Below are positions 37,701 through 51,609 of a stretch of DNA of 64,000 nt, in pieces (position 1 is the stretch's first letter; the number at the start of each line of letters is the position of its first letter). Position numbers and translations under genes: made by a program. The DNA is from Lama glama (taxonomy: Eukaryota), in contig CM052818.1 of NCBI GenBank assembly GCA_028534125.1, forward strand, positions 12,092,001 through 12,156,000. The letters run 5' to 3'. The notes under the pieces were generated by a model. The model saw nothing but the letters and a program-made list of their open reading frames with translations, did no database searches and had not been told where the DNA came from.

Positions 37701-40461
37701 CTGTTATTGATTGAGTGACAAATATTAAGATAATTTGAGATCTAGGACAAAATGTTGCTATATTCTGCAGATGATTTATATTTGCTTCTGGTAGGAAGCT
37801 AACAGAAATAAGTAACAATCTTGGATTACCTCACATCAGTCAAATGTTAGGCTTATTCAAAACTGAGCTTCAGTTTCTATAAAGGAAGGTTGATCTGACT
37901 CAACCTTACTCCTTGTTTGTGGCCCAATAAACTTTCCAGTTCCCCAGCTTCCCTATTCTTGCAGACCACACGTACCAATTTTTCTCTACGTCTTCACAAG
38001 TCCAATGAAAGCTCTGCTCAGTTACTCAGCTGGATCAGTTTTTCTAGAATCAGTATAAACGTCTCAGGGGAAAGCAACCCCAAATGCCTGGTTCCGCTCT
38101 CTGAATTTCTTTTTAGTTTTCTATCTTTGTCACATAAATTTTCAATGCCTGCTAGCTTCTAATGATTTGAAACAGATTTTTCCTTTTGTTCAACTTTCCT
38201 AGTTGTCCTCAGAGGAAGACTGGTCAAAAAATCCAACTTCCCAATTACTGGAAATGGAACTCCCTAATCAATTTTTTCAGTACCATCCCCAGATAATTTT
38301 GAAATCTTCTCTTAAAATATGTTTTTCTTTTGTTTACCTATGATATATAGGGTTGTGAGTATGAATTTTAATTCTGTTTAAGATTGACTGGCATTCTTAA
38401 ACTGAGTTTTGATGTTTGCAACAACTCTGGAATAATGTTTGCCTTCTATCTTTTTGAATGTTGTTATTGACCTTTTCAGTTGTTCTTCCATGTTTTTAAG
38501 TTCCTCTTTTGTATGTTTTATATTTTTTATCCTTACTAGATGTTTATATCATTTCACTAGATTATTTTGCATCTTAACTTTTATTCAGTTAATTTGCTTT
38601 TAATTTCACCTATTGATTTTTACATTTAATTATCCTATTATGAAAAACAACATCCAATATGACCTCAATTTTGCAAAAAAATTGTTTCAAAGACTAGTAA
38701 CAATTATATCAAAAGGTAAAAGCTTTCTAAAAAAATGTTGAGTAAGAAATTATTTTAATTTTAATCTGTACATTTTCTATGTTTTTCAAATTTCCTACCA
38801 TGGGTTTTTATTACCTTTGTAAGGAAAAAAATCCATATTTTAATGAAAAGCAATCCATTATGAATACATTAATATCTTTATCTTCTTAGATATTGTTTCT
38901 CTAATTAAATTAATCCCTATGTAAGCCCGATTTTCTGTCAAAATAGTTTTTGCATCTAAATCCCTATACACTGATCTGGCTAATTATAAAGACATCTCAA
39001 ACATAATACAATATATTAGACAGTTCTTGATGAATATTTTCTAGATGACCAGTAAAACTGCAAACCTTTTATTCACGGAATGAATGTTAATGCTTGAATG
39101 TTTATACGTTTCTTTGCCTTTCAACTGTGAAATGAGACTAAATGGCCAACTAACTGGTCTCCAGAATTAGAATAGTGACCAGCTAACTAGTCTTTAAGTC
39201 TTTACATTCACTGTAACTGCTGAGAACTTGACAGGCGATTATTTAACACGGTTTTGAAACAGTCTTCCACTGGACTGGAAGAACTAGTCTATGTCCCAAC
39301 AATCCCTGATCAGCTTCAGAAATTTTGATATTTCCCAAAGTAAAACATTTGTTTTACTTGTTTGATTCAGTGAAAGCACCCAGATAAATGTTTAGGTAAA
39401 AGAAACTTTGTGTAGCCTATTAAAATTTAGCCTATCACAATCACATATATAAAAGAGTTAGAAACATTTACATTCTTTGCTTTGAATATTACTTTTTTTT
39501 GGATAGAAGACAAAATTAAAGGCAATCAACCATTATTGAGGAATATTAAAGGAATAAAATATTTTTTATGAATAAAATTCAGTACAAATGACACATGCCC
39601 AATCAAGAGTATATCTCTCTGGTTGTTTGTGAAACTCATGTTCTAACTTCTTTACTTCAAATGTCACTCACTTTTGTTTCACAGGCCAAAATCATTACAA
39701 TTCCAAGTTTGAAAAGAGTCAATTGCCATCCTAATAAAATCTTTGGTAAGGGATTCATTTGCAAATCTTGAAAAACAGATCCACTCATTTTCCATTGATC
39801 TACTGAGTAATAAAATTTTTTAAAATCAATTTATAAAATCATATCTTATCTTCAGATAATATACACAGTAACTTAATACTTCTGTGGCTTCAAACACTAA
39901 CATGGTTGAAATTGTCACAAGTTTATTGTATTCCCATAGATATGTGGTGGGTCAGGAAATGTGTGTGTTCATGTGTGTGTGAAAGAAAAAGAGAGAGAGC
40001 GAGACAGAAAGAGAGACTGAAAATGAACAGAAAGAAAAGAGGACAGTTAATTTTTTGACTATTAAACATACACTTCTGAGTAGGTTACAAAAGCTTTTAA
40101 TCTTTGAAGTAACATGAAGAGAAAATGTCTTTTCACACGTATGAAAGATGGCAGTCTAGAATTAGGAATGTTGAATATCTGGTCCAAATAGGGCAAAGAT
40201 AAAAGTAGCCCTAAGAATCCAATCTATAAAAAAGGAGGCAGTGACATGATCTAACCTGTTAAAGTTAACAATTTATTGTGTAACATAATTTTGTGCAAAT
40301 AGAAACGTGTAATTCCCAATTATCTTGATTTAGCCTGGATTAGAATTATAGCTGAAATCACAAACCACAAGACAACATGGTATTTGATGAGAAGAAAAGA
40401 AGTTTGTTGAAACAATTGATTTTGATGATTTAGACTGATTTAGACTAGCATCTCTATCATT

Positions 40462-40698
40462 CAGTTAAATTTGAATTTCAGGTAAACAACAAATAATTTT
40501 TAGCATAAGAATGTCCCATGCAATATCTGGGACATATATTCAACACTATAAAATTAACACTATTAACACATTTAACACTATAAAATTATTGTTATACTTA
40601 CACCAAATTGTAGTTATGCTAAAATTATTTGTTGTTTATCTGAAATTCAAATTAGAGTGGGGATCCTATATTTGTATTTGCTAAATCTGGAATCTCTA
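40462..40698. mobile_element. MER53 palindromic hAT MITE with an internal insertion
   Basis: cagttaaatttgaatttcaggtaaacaacaaataatttttagcataagaatgtccca and the inverse arm ttatgctaaaattatttgttgtttatctgaaattcaaatt...tatttgctaaatctgg. Confidence 0.88.
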
Positions 40699-41280
40699 TA
40701 TTTCTATAACTAATATTTTAAAGAATAATGGAGAATATTGAAAGATATCCATGAATTAAAAAAAAAAAGAATTAGCCAGGTCGTGTGAAGGCCAGATCAG
40801 AAAAAGTTGAAATATAGTTTCTAATCAGTTAGAATTAAGACATAAAGTATAAATAGTTATTAGACAGTGAGGTTACATAACTAGTAGTTATACACAGTCT
40901 GTATTTAGTCATTTTTAAAGTGAATTTCTGGGTAGTTTTTGCTTTTTACAAAACAAGGTCTTCCGTGATCTACTGCTCTTTATTGTAAAAGAACTGTATT
41001 GTCTTTTATAAGAAGTAACGCTCAAGGCTTTGATTATTATAAAATTTGTTTACATACATTTGCTATGGAAAATTGTAAACATGTTACAAGAACTATGATT
41101 ATTAACTCATCTTATGCATTCTAATTTACTTAATCTCTAAGGCTATTGTATTTAAGTGGTGTGAGTTTACTTGCATTATGACTCTTTGACTTGGCTTTCT
41201 TCCTACAGGTATGCTTGAAAACCTTCTATTTTGTGATTCTAGTAGACTCATTTCAGGATTCAACAACTGAAACAACCTTA

Positions 41281-42085
41281 CAGTAGAACCCCCTTATCCA
41301 CAGGGGATATGTTCTAAGACCCACTGTGGATGCCTTGAAACCACGGATAGTACTGACCCCTACATAAATAATTCATAAATTAGGCACAGCTAGAGATTAA
41401 CACAATAACTAATAAGAAAAGAAAACAATTATAATAATATACTGTAATAAAAGTTATGCGAATGTGGCATCTCCCTCTCCCTCTCTCAAGAAATCTTACT
41501 GTAGAAATTCCATGCCTTTTCCATCTTTACCAAGCACTTATCATGCACTGTGCCTGTAACTTGCATTTTGAGATATTATAGCGAAACTGGCACACATTTC
41601 TTTTTTCTTCTTATAATTTAACAGATAGAAGATTCGTTTTTACTGTAGATTTTATCAATCTCAGCATAAAATCATTTTTCTCTCCTCATTAAGTCAAGAA
41701 CTTTCATGTTTTCACTTAAAGGAAGCACTTTTACAGGCTTCTCTTTGGCAATTGGGATTGCCAGTATCACTAATCTTGCACGTTGGGGCCATTATTTAAT
41801 AAAATAAGGGTTACTTCAACACAGGCACTGTGATATCTTGACAGTCAATCTGCTAATCCAGGTAGTTACTAAGAGACTAACTGGTGGGATACACTGGACA
41901 GAGGTATGATTCACAGCCTGGGCTGGATGGAGTGGGACAGTGTGAGATTTCATTATGCTACACAGAATGACATGCAATTTAAAACCTATGAATTGTTTAT
42001 TTATGAAATTTTCCATCTTAATATTTTCAGATCAGCAGGTAACTAAAACTATGGAAAGCAAAACCTTGAATAAGGGGGACCATTG
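41281..42085. mobile_element. MER44/Tigger7-family TcMar-Tigger element
   Basis: Termini cagtagaacccccttatcc / aataagggggaccattg are inverted repeats; TA on both flanks (41279-41280, 42086-42087); internal gacccactgtggatgccttgaaaccacggatagtac. Confidence 0.88.
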
Positions 42086-43723
42086 TATTCTGATGTCTGA
42101 AGAGGCAGCGCATATGTCAAAATACCTTATAAATAGAAAAAAATACAAACTTTAAATAGATTGTAAAATAGCTATTGTAGAATCAATATTTTTTCCTATG
42201 CTCACTTCTACCTCTAAACTTAGGCCAATTTTTTTCCCTGCCCTAAAGTATTTGCTTCCCAGCTTCCACCTATCCAAATTCAGCTCATCCTTCAGATCTT
42301 GGAAGCTATAATTAACTAACAAAAGAATTCCCCTGTGATATCGACCTATGTTGATCTCTCATTTTTTTGTCTTCTCTAAGTAGTTATGGTCCCCATAATC
42401 CATTCTCACACATTGTAAACTACTGATTTATTTTACTTAAAAATGTCTCAATTCTCTTGGTTCTCTACCAGAATTATAAGCAACTAAGAGGCAATTAAAT
42501 ATTCTTGTCCTCTGTTATATTTCTCACAGTACTCATTTATTAACTCACTCAACAAATATTTATTGGGTTCCCACCACATTCCAGGTCTATGCCATGTGGT
42601 AGCAATTCAGCCATTATAGAGATTCTTCGGAGTTTATAATCTGATGGAAATTTGCAAAGCATTGTTAAATTCTAGTTGCAAAAAAGTATGCATATCATGG
42701 CCTCATAACCCCTGGAATATTGTGGATATCTCAAAATGGTTGTGAAATGGAACAGAATAAGATCTCTCATGATTTACATATTTTAGGAATTGGTTAATGT
42801 AGCTTTTTAAAATTTTTTTCTATGGAAATATAACAAAATTAACAATTGACTTTCTTACCTGAAGCAAAGCACTTTAGATTTCCCTGAAGCACTTCTGGTA
42901 AGCAGGAGCAGTCATTTCATTTCTAATTTGTGTGCTGCATTCAGGTGATTTAGGTGACATGTATCTAAACAAAAGAATAATATTTGAAAGTCTCTTCCTT
43001 TACTATATGCAGTGACATAGCAATAGCCACAGGAGTTCAAGTAAACAGATATAATTGAATATCAGAAATAATGATTAGGTACGTTTTGAAACTTGATTCC
43101 TTTCATGGATTAAGGCATAAATGTATGAAAACTATGAAATATATAAAAACAAATTTAGTTTATCTTGCAGCTTTAAAACAGAGATTTCAGGCTTGTTTCT
43201 TATTCAATATGGCTCTTTAGAATAACAATTCATTTCATCTGTATAATAGGAGGTGCTTTATTATTTTGGAAATTATGCCACTCATTAAAATATTACGTTG
43301 TGTATATGGAACGTTGTTGTAGCAGAAAAACAGAGAATTCAGTATTTGAAAACCTTGATTATCTGCTGTGCATATTTATCTTACTCTAGCCGAGATGATT
43401 TCAGAGGCCCTTTCCTGTACAGAGCCATCAGAGAGGCAATAGAAGTCCAGCTCCTGAATTTCTATTTGTATTATTACTATCTAATGAATTCTATTGTACA
43501 GCAGGTGTCAAATCATATCGGGTGTTTTGCAATCGACTATGAATAGAAGATGTATTGCTATTGCAAATGAATCTAATATGAAACTAATGAGCAGTAATGA
43601 GCAACTGTTTTGTCATTATTGAGGCAACCACTGAGATGCTAATAAACTCTCATTTTTGCTCTTTAGAAAAAGCAGTGACCAGGATTTATAACATGGCCTT
43701 AATGTCCCCAAAGCCTGAGGCAA

Positions 43724-43753
43724 AAATAAATAAATAAATAAATAAATAAATAA
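43724..43753. repeat. (AATA)n microsatellite
   Basis: About 7 tandem AATA units. Confidence 0.9.
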
Positions 43754-46300
43754 AGAGCGAAATCCTAAACTGAGAATAATTTAGTCATTTTCTGTATGAT
43801 TGTCCTCTCTCTTATTAAAATGAACCTGTTATAATGCCTTTCAAGTATTTCTATAACTGAAGAGAAAAGATGAAGAATGGGTGTCCATTAAAAGAATATA
43901 AAGTTAAGAAGATAGGCATCTTGCCTAATTTTCGTTAATGTAAATATAATAATTCTAGAGTTTTCCACTCGCCAGTTCTTTTATGGTATAATGAAGCCTA
44001 ATGTAGGCAACTTTTTATTTTCAAACCCAGTTACTTTGGAAGTAACATTATTGAGGGACTTTTTGTAATTAACTTATTTGTTCTCATGAGTGGCCTAACT
44101 TGGTAAATAACCCAGAGCACTTACCACCCAGTATTATGGCCGTAGGTTTTATGTCTCTGCCTTCTCTACAGTAGTTTAAGAGCAGGGAGCTCAATAAATA
44201 TTTATAAGATGAAGGATGAATAAATAATTGAATGAATGGGGAAGAAGTTAGTGCATTAAATTTGCTTTCTTAGGTAGAAATAATACGGCTTAAAACAGTT
44301 TTTAATACATGTTCATTTGTTATGTCCTAAGACCATTAAGAACTCTGCTTCAAATACTTTAATACTATAGGAGAGAAACAAATGCTTCAGTACAGATGAC
44401 TCATGTAACCTCGTTGCTTTAACTAATAAACTTAAACTAAATTTAAAGACTAATTTTGGTACCTTCCTCCAGATGCTTGCTAGAACTCATGGTTTTAACA
44501 TACAACAAGTACTTAATCAGTACTTTAAATAACATACAGGCCTCTACTAATATTCCCTCAGACTTTTTATATATCTATGTACTTTATACATTTACGTATA
44601 TATGACATTTATAGCCTCCAAAGTCCACCTATTTGATTAAAGGTAACCAAAGCTTTGAATTATTAACTTTGTATCTGTGCTGTTGATTAGATTGTTGTAG
44701 ACATATGTGTACAAACAGGAAGCATTTGTTTTGAATAATTCAACATTGTTCACTTTAGTAAGACTTCGTTTCCATTTCTGACAGAGTTACATTACATGCA
44801 TACATGCAGAAATTCCACTATTTCTGATATGTATGACTAAACTGTGGATAAATATTACATTTATATTGCATAGGATCTATAAACATTAAATAATAAACAA
44901 AAGTAAAGAAGGAACTACAACTTGAATGCTTGAAACATACAAAAGGAGAATGCCATGTGACCCGAAATGCTATTTTATTTGACCCTGGAGATCCAAAATA
45001 CTGCATAAAGATATTGCTATATTACAGTGAGGAAGTTGATTTAAGATGGAGGTGTTGGTTAAATGGACTATAACTTCAAAACTGTTCTGTGTCAGGTCCT
45101 CCTCCAATGAACCCAAGCATTCTGGGACCCTGACTTGTCCACTTCCCACATCTCTCATGCCTTGTAATGTAACAACTGACCAATAATATAAACATTCTTT
45201 CATATTGTTTGATGTACACAAAAGTTTACAAAATTCTAAGTTTTGAAGCATGGAAATTGCAGGTAATTTTTTTTTGATAACTTTTACCTACATAATTTCC
45301 TTTACTGACTTTATATACCTGAAGACTGAATTAGTCCAACATGCAAATAATTCTTAGCACAGGCATCTATGTTATTTGGGAGACTATTTTTCATGGACTT
45401 ATTTCTTGTAGCCAACAATATCTGTGACTAATTGTACTACTCATAAATTCAAGTAAAGCAATGTCCTCGAAATACATCTTCTAGTAATTATTGTAGGCCT
45501 CCTGTTCTCTGTGGTGATCTAAAGAACAGAAAGAGTAGTTAGTTGTGCCATATAGATATAAGTTATGGTTCTTTGGGGCCCATTCATTAAAGTAAAGTAA
45601 AATTCCCAACATCATCTTTAATTTTGGTAAGGGAAATCTCCTACTGTTTAAAAGCATTGATAACTTTTAAAGGAATGTGCCCTAGAGATAAGCTGTATGT
45701 TTTAGGATACTTGCCATTGCTTCCCCGTCATCATGAAAAAGAAATAAAATTATGAATTATCTCCTAAATTAAAACTTGAAGTAACTCCATTATATATCCT
45801 TGAGAAAATACATGAGGATACATTAAAAAATCCGTTACCAAACCACGGAAATGTTTACCATTATGTTTTATTAAATTTATTTCTACTGGATATCAACTAC
45901 TGATAGACTTTAAAGAGAATAACACAATATTTAAATGGTCCTAACTAGTAATAGGATGAAAAAATCTTTTTTATATATTAATATTATTTCTCATCAAAGT
46001 AATACATGCATACAGTAAAAATTAAAATAGCACAGAAAGGCTTTTAATAAAAAGCAATAATTTCCTACCTGGCCTGCTGCTATCTTTATTTCTTCCAGTT
46101 GTTACTTCCTTAATTCTTTTTTAAAAACAGAGATGATACATAGTCAGTGTGTCCTAGTCAGCCTCCATTGTGAATATATAGAATTCTGATCTGATCATTA
46201 TGTGTCCACGCCATATTAATTATCAAATATTTTTAATAGTAAGTCTGTCTAAATATAATTTATATCCTATTTTTGGATTTGTCATAGTTAAATATTATCT

Positions 46301-46368
46301 TTTTTTATTATTGAAGTATAGTCAATTACAATATGTCAATTTCTGGTTTATAGCACAATGTCCCAGTC
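46301..46368 (-). mobile_element. Extremely 5'-truncated L1 3' end (~70 bp)
   Basis: ttttttattattgaagtatagtcaattacaat...atttctggtttatagca is an antisense artiodactyl-type L1 terminus; ATTATCT is repeated at 46294-46300 and 46369-46375. Confidence 0.65.
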
Positions 46369-46688
46369 ATTATCTCTTGAGTCAGCACTACCAAAGAAAA
46401 TTTAGCTCATTGACAATACCTGTCTCTCCTACTTTTCCCAACTTGCGATAGTTGTATGATTTTCTAAATCTCTTAACTTTAATCTTATAATGTTGAATAA
46501 TACTTTACTTAGATACTTAAAGTTTCCCTGTATTTCTCATTCTGTTAATGTTCAATTGCATCTCTTGACTCCCCATTATTGAAGATATTCTTAAGGCTTC
46601 TACCATTCTTCTGCCCTCCCTCTATAGTATTGATAACATTTACATCTTGTTCTGCAACCATATTGAAATCTGTGTTTTGTCTTTCAGT

Positions 46689-46689
<1 letters not shown>

Positions 46690-46730
<41 letters not shown>

Positions 46731-46840
46731 ATCACTTATGTATGTAAATAACATATATATAATTATATATTTAGGTGAAATATATATGTATAATTAACCT
46801 AAAGACAAAATTATATATAGTTATATACATATATTATAAT
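46690..46840. repeat. (TA)n and TA-rich low-complexity tract
   Basis: Perfect TA run at ~46695-46727 followed by degenerate TA-rich sequence. Confidence 0.9.
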
Positions 46841-47555
46841 GAGTAAACAGTATTTATATCATTATAGCTATGCAAATATTTCCTTCTCTACAAATCCAAA
46901 GTCAAAATCTCTGAGCAACTTAAAAGAGGAATTTCCTGGCATCAATAAAATGGCTTCTTTCTCCTTTCCTTCCATCGATTGCTCAAATCATATCTTACTT
47001 TGTTTGCATCTTATTTGGATCAGGATTTCCTTTATCGTTTATTTGTTTGTTTGTTGTCTAAAACCTGGAGTTGTCTTTCTTTTCTTATTGAGTCAAGAAC
47101 ATGCTAGCCATCTTTATCATATTACTAGCTTGTTTTTCATTCTGTCTGTTGCTTAAAATTTCTCTCTCTTTTTTAAAAGACATTCCTCCTAGAGTTCAGA
47201 GATTTCCTGTTCTAATTTGGGCTTAAATTCTTCCTAGACCTTGTGGATATAGTTATATCCAATCAGTTGTAGCCAATTCTTCCTCTTTCCACTTAAGACA
47301 CAGATTTAAAAAGGTTGGCTGCATATGTTTGCCTTCCCGTAGGATGTGACAAACTCCTATCGTCCCCCAATTTCCCTCCCTAATTGATCTGTATTAAAAG
47401 CAGAAAGTCAGGAGATTTTCCCCCTGCTCTTATTATAGCCTCTCATAGTACTTGCTTATTCTCTGGGCTTTAGCCAACTTTTATTTCATCAGTTTTTAAA
47501 GTATGATTTCTGGACCTTTTAGAGTCCACAAGACATTTTAGATGCTTTGTGAGGT

Positions 47556-47618
47556 AATAGTCAAGAGATGGAAACAACCTAAGTATCCATTGATAGATGA
47601 ATGGATAAAGAAGATATG

Positions 47619-47655
<37 letters not shown>

Positions 47656-48030
47656 CAATAGAATATTACCCAGCCATAAAAAAGAATAAAATCCTTCACT
47701 TGCAACAACATGCATGGAACTTGAAGTTTATTATGCTAAATGAAATAAATCAGTCAGAGAATGACAAATACCTTATGATTTCACCCATATGTGGAACCAA
47801 AAAAACCAATAAACCAACCAAACAAATAAAACAAAAACAAACTCACAGATTCAGAGAATAAGATTAATGTTCACTAGAGAGGAAAGGAGTTGGGGGCTGG
47901 TCAAAATGGATGAAGGGGGTCAGCTGTCTGGTGATGAATGGTAACTAGACTTGTGCTGATGATCACTTTGTAGTGTGTACAGATGTCGAATTTTAATGCT
48001 CTATACCTGAAACATATAATAAAAGAAAAT
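47556..48030 (+). mobile_element. L1 3' end with internal (TG)n at ~47622-47651
   Basis: atggaaacaacctaagtatccattgatagatgaatggataaagaagat, gaatattacccagccataaaaaagaat, attatgctaaatgaaataaatcag, atacctgaaac. Confidence 0.88.
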
Positions 48031-49310
48031 ATTTTGTAACAACACTAAGACATTACTTTGCTTGTTTCCTCGTACTGGCATTTGCACTGAGGGTGAAAAA
48101 GCAAAGACGGTGGATAAAACTGCTGGTACCTTAGCATGAATCCAGGCAGTAGTGCCAAGCTAGACTCACAGTTTTTAAAAAAGCTAATTTCACATAGCAT
48201 GTTACTGATGAAAAATAAAACTTACTACAGTATTAAATCTTGACCCTTGAGGACACCTCTTTTTAATATTGTATGACAAGGCAGGAAGTATGCATAAAGC
48301 ATTTTTGCTACATACTGAGATTTCTCTTGGGCAAAAGAACTTATGTGAGTATTTGAATGAGCTGAACTAGACACTTATTTTTCATGGAGCTTCATTTTTA
48401 TTTGAAAGAATGATTAACAGAAAAACCATGATTATTTAGACTTGGGTATTTGGCAATTATTTTCTCGATAATGAATGGAGTGAAAGTATCTCTTTAAGGA
48501 AACCACTTCTAGTATTTGTCGCCAATAATAAAATTTAAACTTTCAAGCACAAATTAAGTTTTTGGAAAACTCCTTTCCACTACTGTGAGCTTGACAGCTT
48601 CTCAATAGTTGAAGTATTTTTTTGCTGAGATTAGGGGTGATATTAATGAATGTGACTGTTAAAATGTAGTTTGTAATGGAAGATCTACATAACTCAGCAA
48701 ATTAATATTTTCCAAATGACAAATGCATGATGTTACAAATCATACATGGATGAAAGACCCATTCGAAGTTTCATAGTGACCTATGCATATCAGTGTAGCA
48801 GGGTGTGGAAAGTCCATTGATGTGGTCTCAGATTTTACATTGCAGCTTAACTTTGAGAAGCTATGACTTGTCAGATATTAGTCTAGTATCAGAGAAGAGT
48901 ACTCAAATTTATCTGAAAAGGTTGTTAAAATGCTTCACCCTTTTCCTACTACATTTCTGTGTGAGACCAGATTTTCTTGATATTTTTAATTAAAATTAAG
49001 ATATCACAACAGATGGAATACAGAAGCAGAGAGAATTCAGCTGTCTTTATTAAGCCAGATATTAAAAGAGATTTGCAGAAGTGTAAGATAATGTCACTCT
49101 TCTCAAAATTTTTTTTTGTGTGTGGGAAAATATAGGGATTTTTGGTAAAAATGCATGTTATATTAACATAGATAAGTTTACTGCTATTGTTTTTAAATGA
49201 ATAACTATACAGACATTTTTCAGGTTTAATTTCTGAAAGAACAAATATTGAAATACGTAATCCATATACATGGTCTTTGGAAGGGGTCTTCAAAAGGGGT
49301 CTGGAGACCA
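48030..49310 (+). mobile_element. Charlie1-type hAT DNA transposon with a decayed transposase
   Basis: catttgcactga...ataaaactgctgg, attaaatcttgacccttgag, gctgaactag, agacttgggtatttggca, tgtgagcttgacagcttc, ctgtctttattaagccagatattaaaagagatttgca are collinear with Charlie1. Confidence 0.85.
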
Positions 49311-50864
49311 AAGCCACTACCCCTGACTTCTCGCCTGCAAAGATCTGAAGTATTTGCCACATCTTTTCTGCTTAGCTGAGTTTTTGTTTCTGATCCTTCT
49401 GAGTATTTTTGGCCTTCTATCACACATCCTGGTAGGACAATAGTAGAAAATGGAGACTGGCCATTTATTTCATTCCTTCAAACTATGTAGACTACAGCCC
49501 CTCCCCCAGTATTTATTTTGGGAAAATAATTATCTAGTTTACTTACAGATTATTAAATTTACCAGATAACTGACACTGACTTTTGTCCTTGTATCTTTGA
49601 ACTGAGGCGTTTTACGTTATGTCAATTTAACTATTTCCCCCTCAATTAGTAAAAGCTACTCTCCTGGGAAAGTTAGATTTTATTTTCTTTCCAGAAAGCT
49701 AACCATGACCTTAACACCTTTCTGATTTAGAGAGGTGGGATCTCTTTAAATTTCAATGCCTGTAAAGTTATCTTTAAGAAACTCAAACAGAATCATCTAC
49801 CGACATTCCTGATAATTTTCTGAAGCAATAAGAAGAGGACAAAGATGGACACATCCTTTAAAACGGAGAGCCTTTATCGTGGTAGCATTGCTTCATCTCT
49901 TTCTATAGAACTTGAAAGCCTGTGCTCAGTAATTTATGTTAATGCTTTATTTTCGAAGTTTTCTTTCTTCCATAAGCTCTTCAGACTTTGACCAAGAACT
50001 GACCTTTCCCCTCTTTGAAATTTACCCTCCAACCTACCCCCACTCTCCAGGCTAGCTTTTCATTAGGGAACATGGGAGACGTACCCTCACGTTGCTATGC
50101 ATTGCGCTCTGGTGTCAGGCCTCCCCGACAAAAATCAAAGAGCCGCCAGTGCGGGAAGGATGAACTCTGTGATCTCAGCCCCCGTCAAGAGAAGCATCCC
50201 CAGAGAGAGGTTCAATTCATGTCAGAGTTAAATCTTAATTCATCTGAGAGCTGAGAAGCAGTCAGGCTTTTGAATATTTTTATTGAGAAACATTTTCCAA
50301 ATCACAGATCAGATTAATATTTCAGTAACTTCGCTGAATGAGTCTGGTCTAAGGCAACAAACAAAAGCAATGACTCATGTGCAGTGTGATTTAGAGAGAA
50401 GTTTTTAGACTGTTTAAACAGTTCCTGCTTCATGTTTATTTCCAGGTTGAGTAGGGAAAGGTCTAAACTCCTTTTCCTCTTTCTGTTTTCTTTTTCCTCT
50501 TCCTCGCATCCTCCCTCGCTTCCTTCCTTTTCACTTTTTCTAGGGATTTATTGCTTTCAGGAATAATCCATTGATTAACACAATCTAATTCTAATGCAAT
50601 GGTCTTGGGGATTTCTGAATGCTGTCGATGAGAACAAATGGGGTGTTCTCAGAGGAATTAGTCTTCCTTTGACTTTTATGATGTTAAGCACCATGCTATC
50701 CTAAATAAGATTGTGTTGTTATTGCTGGAACCTGTCTTAAAATGACAGTGAGCCACTATCATTCTGAATTAGAAAAGATTGAGTTTAATTATGCTAAATG
50801 TTGAAAGACATGTATCTAACTTTCATGGGAATGTCTCATGTTCTTAAATTAAATGATAATATTT

Positions 50865-51095
50865 ATCAAGCACTAAATGTGCTAGTCACTGTTCCAAGTG
50901 ACTTGCGTGTACTAAATTAACTATTAGAATCACTTTGTGAGGTCAGTACTTTTACTGTACTCATTTTGTAGATGAGTAAATTAAGGCACTAAGAGTCTTA
51001 AAACTTTGTCCAAGACTATTTGTATAAGTGTCAGAAGTGAGATCAGAAAGCAGGCAGACTGGCTTCAGAGAATATGAATTTAACTATCACACTAT
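50865..51095 (-). mobile_element. MIR SINE
   Basis: atttatcaagcactaaatgtgctagtcactgttccaagtg...cattttgtagatgagtaaattaaggcac...tccaagac...caggcagactggcttcagag. Confidence 0.75.
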
Positions 51096-51609
51096 GATGT
51101 CTCTCCAGGTAGTCAAAACATAGCAGATCATAAATAAACAGTAGTGAATTCTGTCAGCAGCTATGGAATTTTCACTATTTTTTGTATTTAACTTCACTGA
51201 CTCATCTCCCTTTCACTGTAAGACAACTGACATAGTCGTGCCTCCGTGCGTGTTGTTCCCTAAGCTGGAAGGCCCTTCCTCCTTTTACTATTCAAATGCA
51301 ACCCATTCTCTAATGCTCATTTCAAATTTCATTTTCTCCATAAAACCAAATCTGTTAAAAACCAGAGTCTCCCAAAATTTAAGAGGTGGAATGGAACACG
51401 GAGGATTTCTAGTACAATTTTTATCTAAACCAAGAAATTACTGAGCAACCCTGAGACCATTAGCTTTTGATTGAAAACAGGCTCTTAAAGGGTGTCCAAT
51501 ATCTTTTCTTCATAAACTTCTCCTTAGCTAGTAATTCTTACTGTCTTAAGCTAGACTAATGTCTTGTTGTTTTGACTGAAATTTAGCATTCTTCTGCTAT
51601 TTTGTTAAT

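Noticed and set aside
48030..49362. Possible domesticated Charlie transposase; 137-aa ORF 48949-49362
   Set aside because: The transposase strand is riddled with stops and frameshifts, and the listed ORF is on the opposite strand.
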